The translations under genes and the position numbers were made by a program. The notes below the pieces were generated by a model. It searched no databases. It was not told the DNA's origin and was given only the letters and a program-made list of their open reading frames with translations. From Sphaerodactylus townsendi (lineage: Eukaryota), in assembly GCF_021028975.2 (NCBI RefSeq), contig NC_059434.1, positions 24,800,001-24,864,000 of the forward strand: a DNA stretch of 64,000 nt, read 5' to 3'. Position 1 is the stretch's first letter, and the number at the start of each line of letters is the position of its first letter. Positions 62,651 through 64,000 of this stretch are shown piece after piece.

Positions 62651-64000
62651 GTATCTGAAGAGAAGTTCCACCCCCTAAACCCCCCCACTCATATCCATTG
62701 TAGGGATGGTGTGTGATGTAACTGATACCAATGGAAACTGGTCTTTCTTTTGACAGCTAACCTTCTGTGTTTGTACTGCAATGCAATTTGAAGGAAGAGC
62801 TTCACATTTCACTAGGATTCATTGTCAGATGCTTTCAAAAACTTGTGTAAAACAAATTGTACCAGAGGCGTAGCTGGGCCAGAGTGTGTCGATGCACACT
62901 CTGGCTTTTTCGTATGCCGCCTGCCCCCGCCCCCATGGCGCCCCCCCACACACACTTTAGCAAACAGAGCAGGCTGGAAAAGAGGCCTGCCTGTTCCCTT
63001 CCAGGCTGCTAATGACCTGGCATGAACTACATTTCCCAGGGTCTCCGAGGGTCTCCAGCCTGCTCGGTTTGCTAAAGTAAGTGTGGGGGGGTGTCACAGG
63101 GGGGCGGGGTTGACTGAGTGGCCGGCCGACAAAGGGGGAGGGGTTGGGGGATTTTCTGGCCCCCCACGTGACCCAAAGCCGTGTGCGTGGCGCACTCCCC
63201 ACCTCCTGGTAGCCCCGCCACTGAATTATACTGACAGCAAGTTCTTGGAAATAAAGGACTCTATGCAGGGCCTAGACAAGTTCTGCCAGGCATGCACCTG
63301 TGCCACAGTACAATAAGCTATGTGATGTAATTTGTATCATCCATTGTAACAGGGTGTAATTTGAGCCAGAATTCTCAGAACCTCTTCTGAATGTCAGTGC
63401 AGCCCTTCACATATGGAATAATGCCAGGGCACCTTGCAATCACCATGAAAGAAGCCAAGCTAGCTCCTGCGTTTCTGGGACTGAGCAAGTCAGGTGTTCA
63501 CTAAGGGACCTTTCTGTAACAGTTACCATGGCACAGAAATTATCCTTGAAGGCTATAATTGCACCATCAGACTATCAGTTTGTGTGATCCTGTGGTAATT
63601 CCTAGCACTTATCAAGGAGAGGCAGTTTTTTTGGGTTTGGGATTTCCTGCATATACACTCAAGGTTTTACCAGCTATAAAGTGCACATTAGTCTGGGACA
63701 AAGAAAATATCTGCTTACCTGCCTCAAGCCTTCACAGATTTATTTGCAAGTGAATCTCATTGACTTTGGCGAAGTCTTGGTTTTGAATGAAAGTTTAATA
63801 TTTTGATCTGTGCAGTCGTGTTGAAAATGCAGAGAAATAGACAAAATGTAGTTTTACATAAAACTTCCTTGCCATTGTTTTGAAAAGTGTTGGAACTTTA
63901 CTCACTAATCCTAGAGCTATCACTGTCAAGATTTTTCCTTGAGGGGGAACCCTTTTTGACATTTCTATATACTTGAATATCTACAATGGAATCCCTGTGT

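Noticed and set aside
1-64000. CRISPR arrays, tRNA or rRNA genes
   Set aside because: Eukaryotic locus; the tRNA-like segments are SINE heads and there are no repeat-spacer arrays.

Overview
Vertebrate genomic DNA, almost certainly a squamate and probably a gecko (inferred from the SINE, Penelope, CR1, L2 and hAT repeat content). It covers the conserved EXOC1L-EXOC1-CEP135 cluster on the + strand. EXOC1L is complete (3 coding exons, 173 aa). EXOC1 is complete: 18 core coding exons give 895 aa, plus candidate 21-nt and 54-nt cassette exons. CEP135 is represented by its promoter and first coding exon. At the left end, a minus-strand spliced gene missed by the ORF track (4 phase-compatible exons, tentatively CNBD2-like) runs off the window. 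Its intron 2 holds an orphan CpG island that folds into a ~480-nt series of helices with a + strand G-U bias; this candidate structured ncRNA is the most unusual feature here. Other highlights are minimal hammerhead-ribozyme motifs in Penelope-type inverted repeats, a hAT MITE whose target-site duplication copied an EXOC1 splice donor, and a SPIN-family transposon. There is one 520-N assembly gap. Identities come from recalled sequences and manual translation, not database searches.
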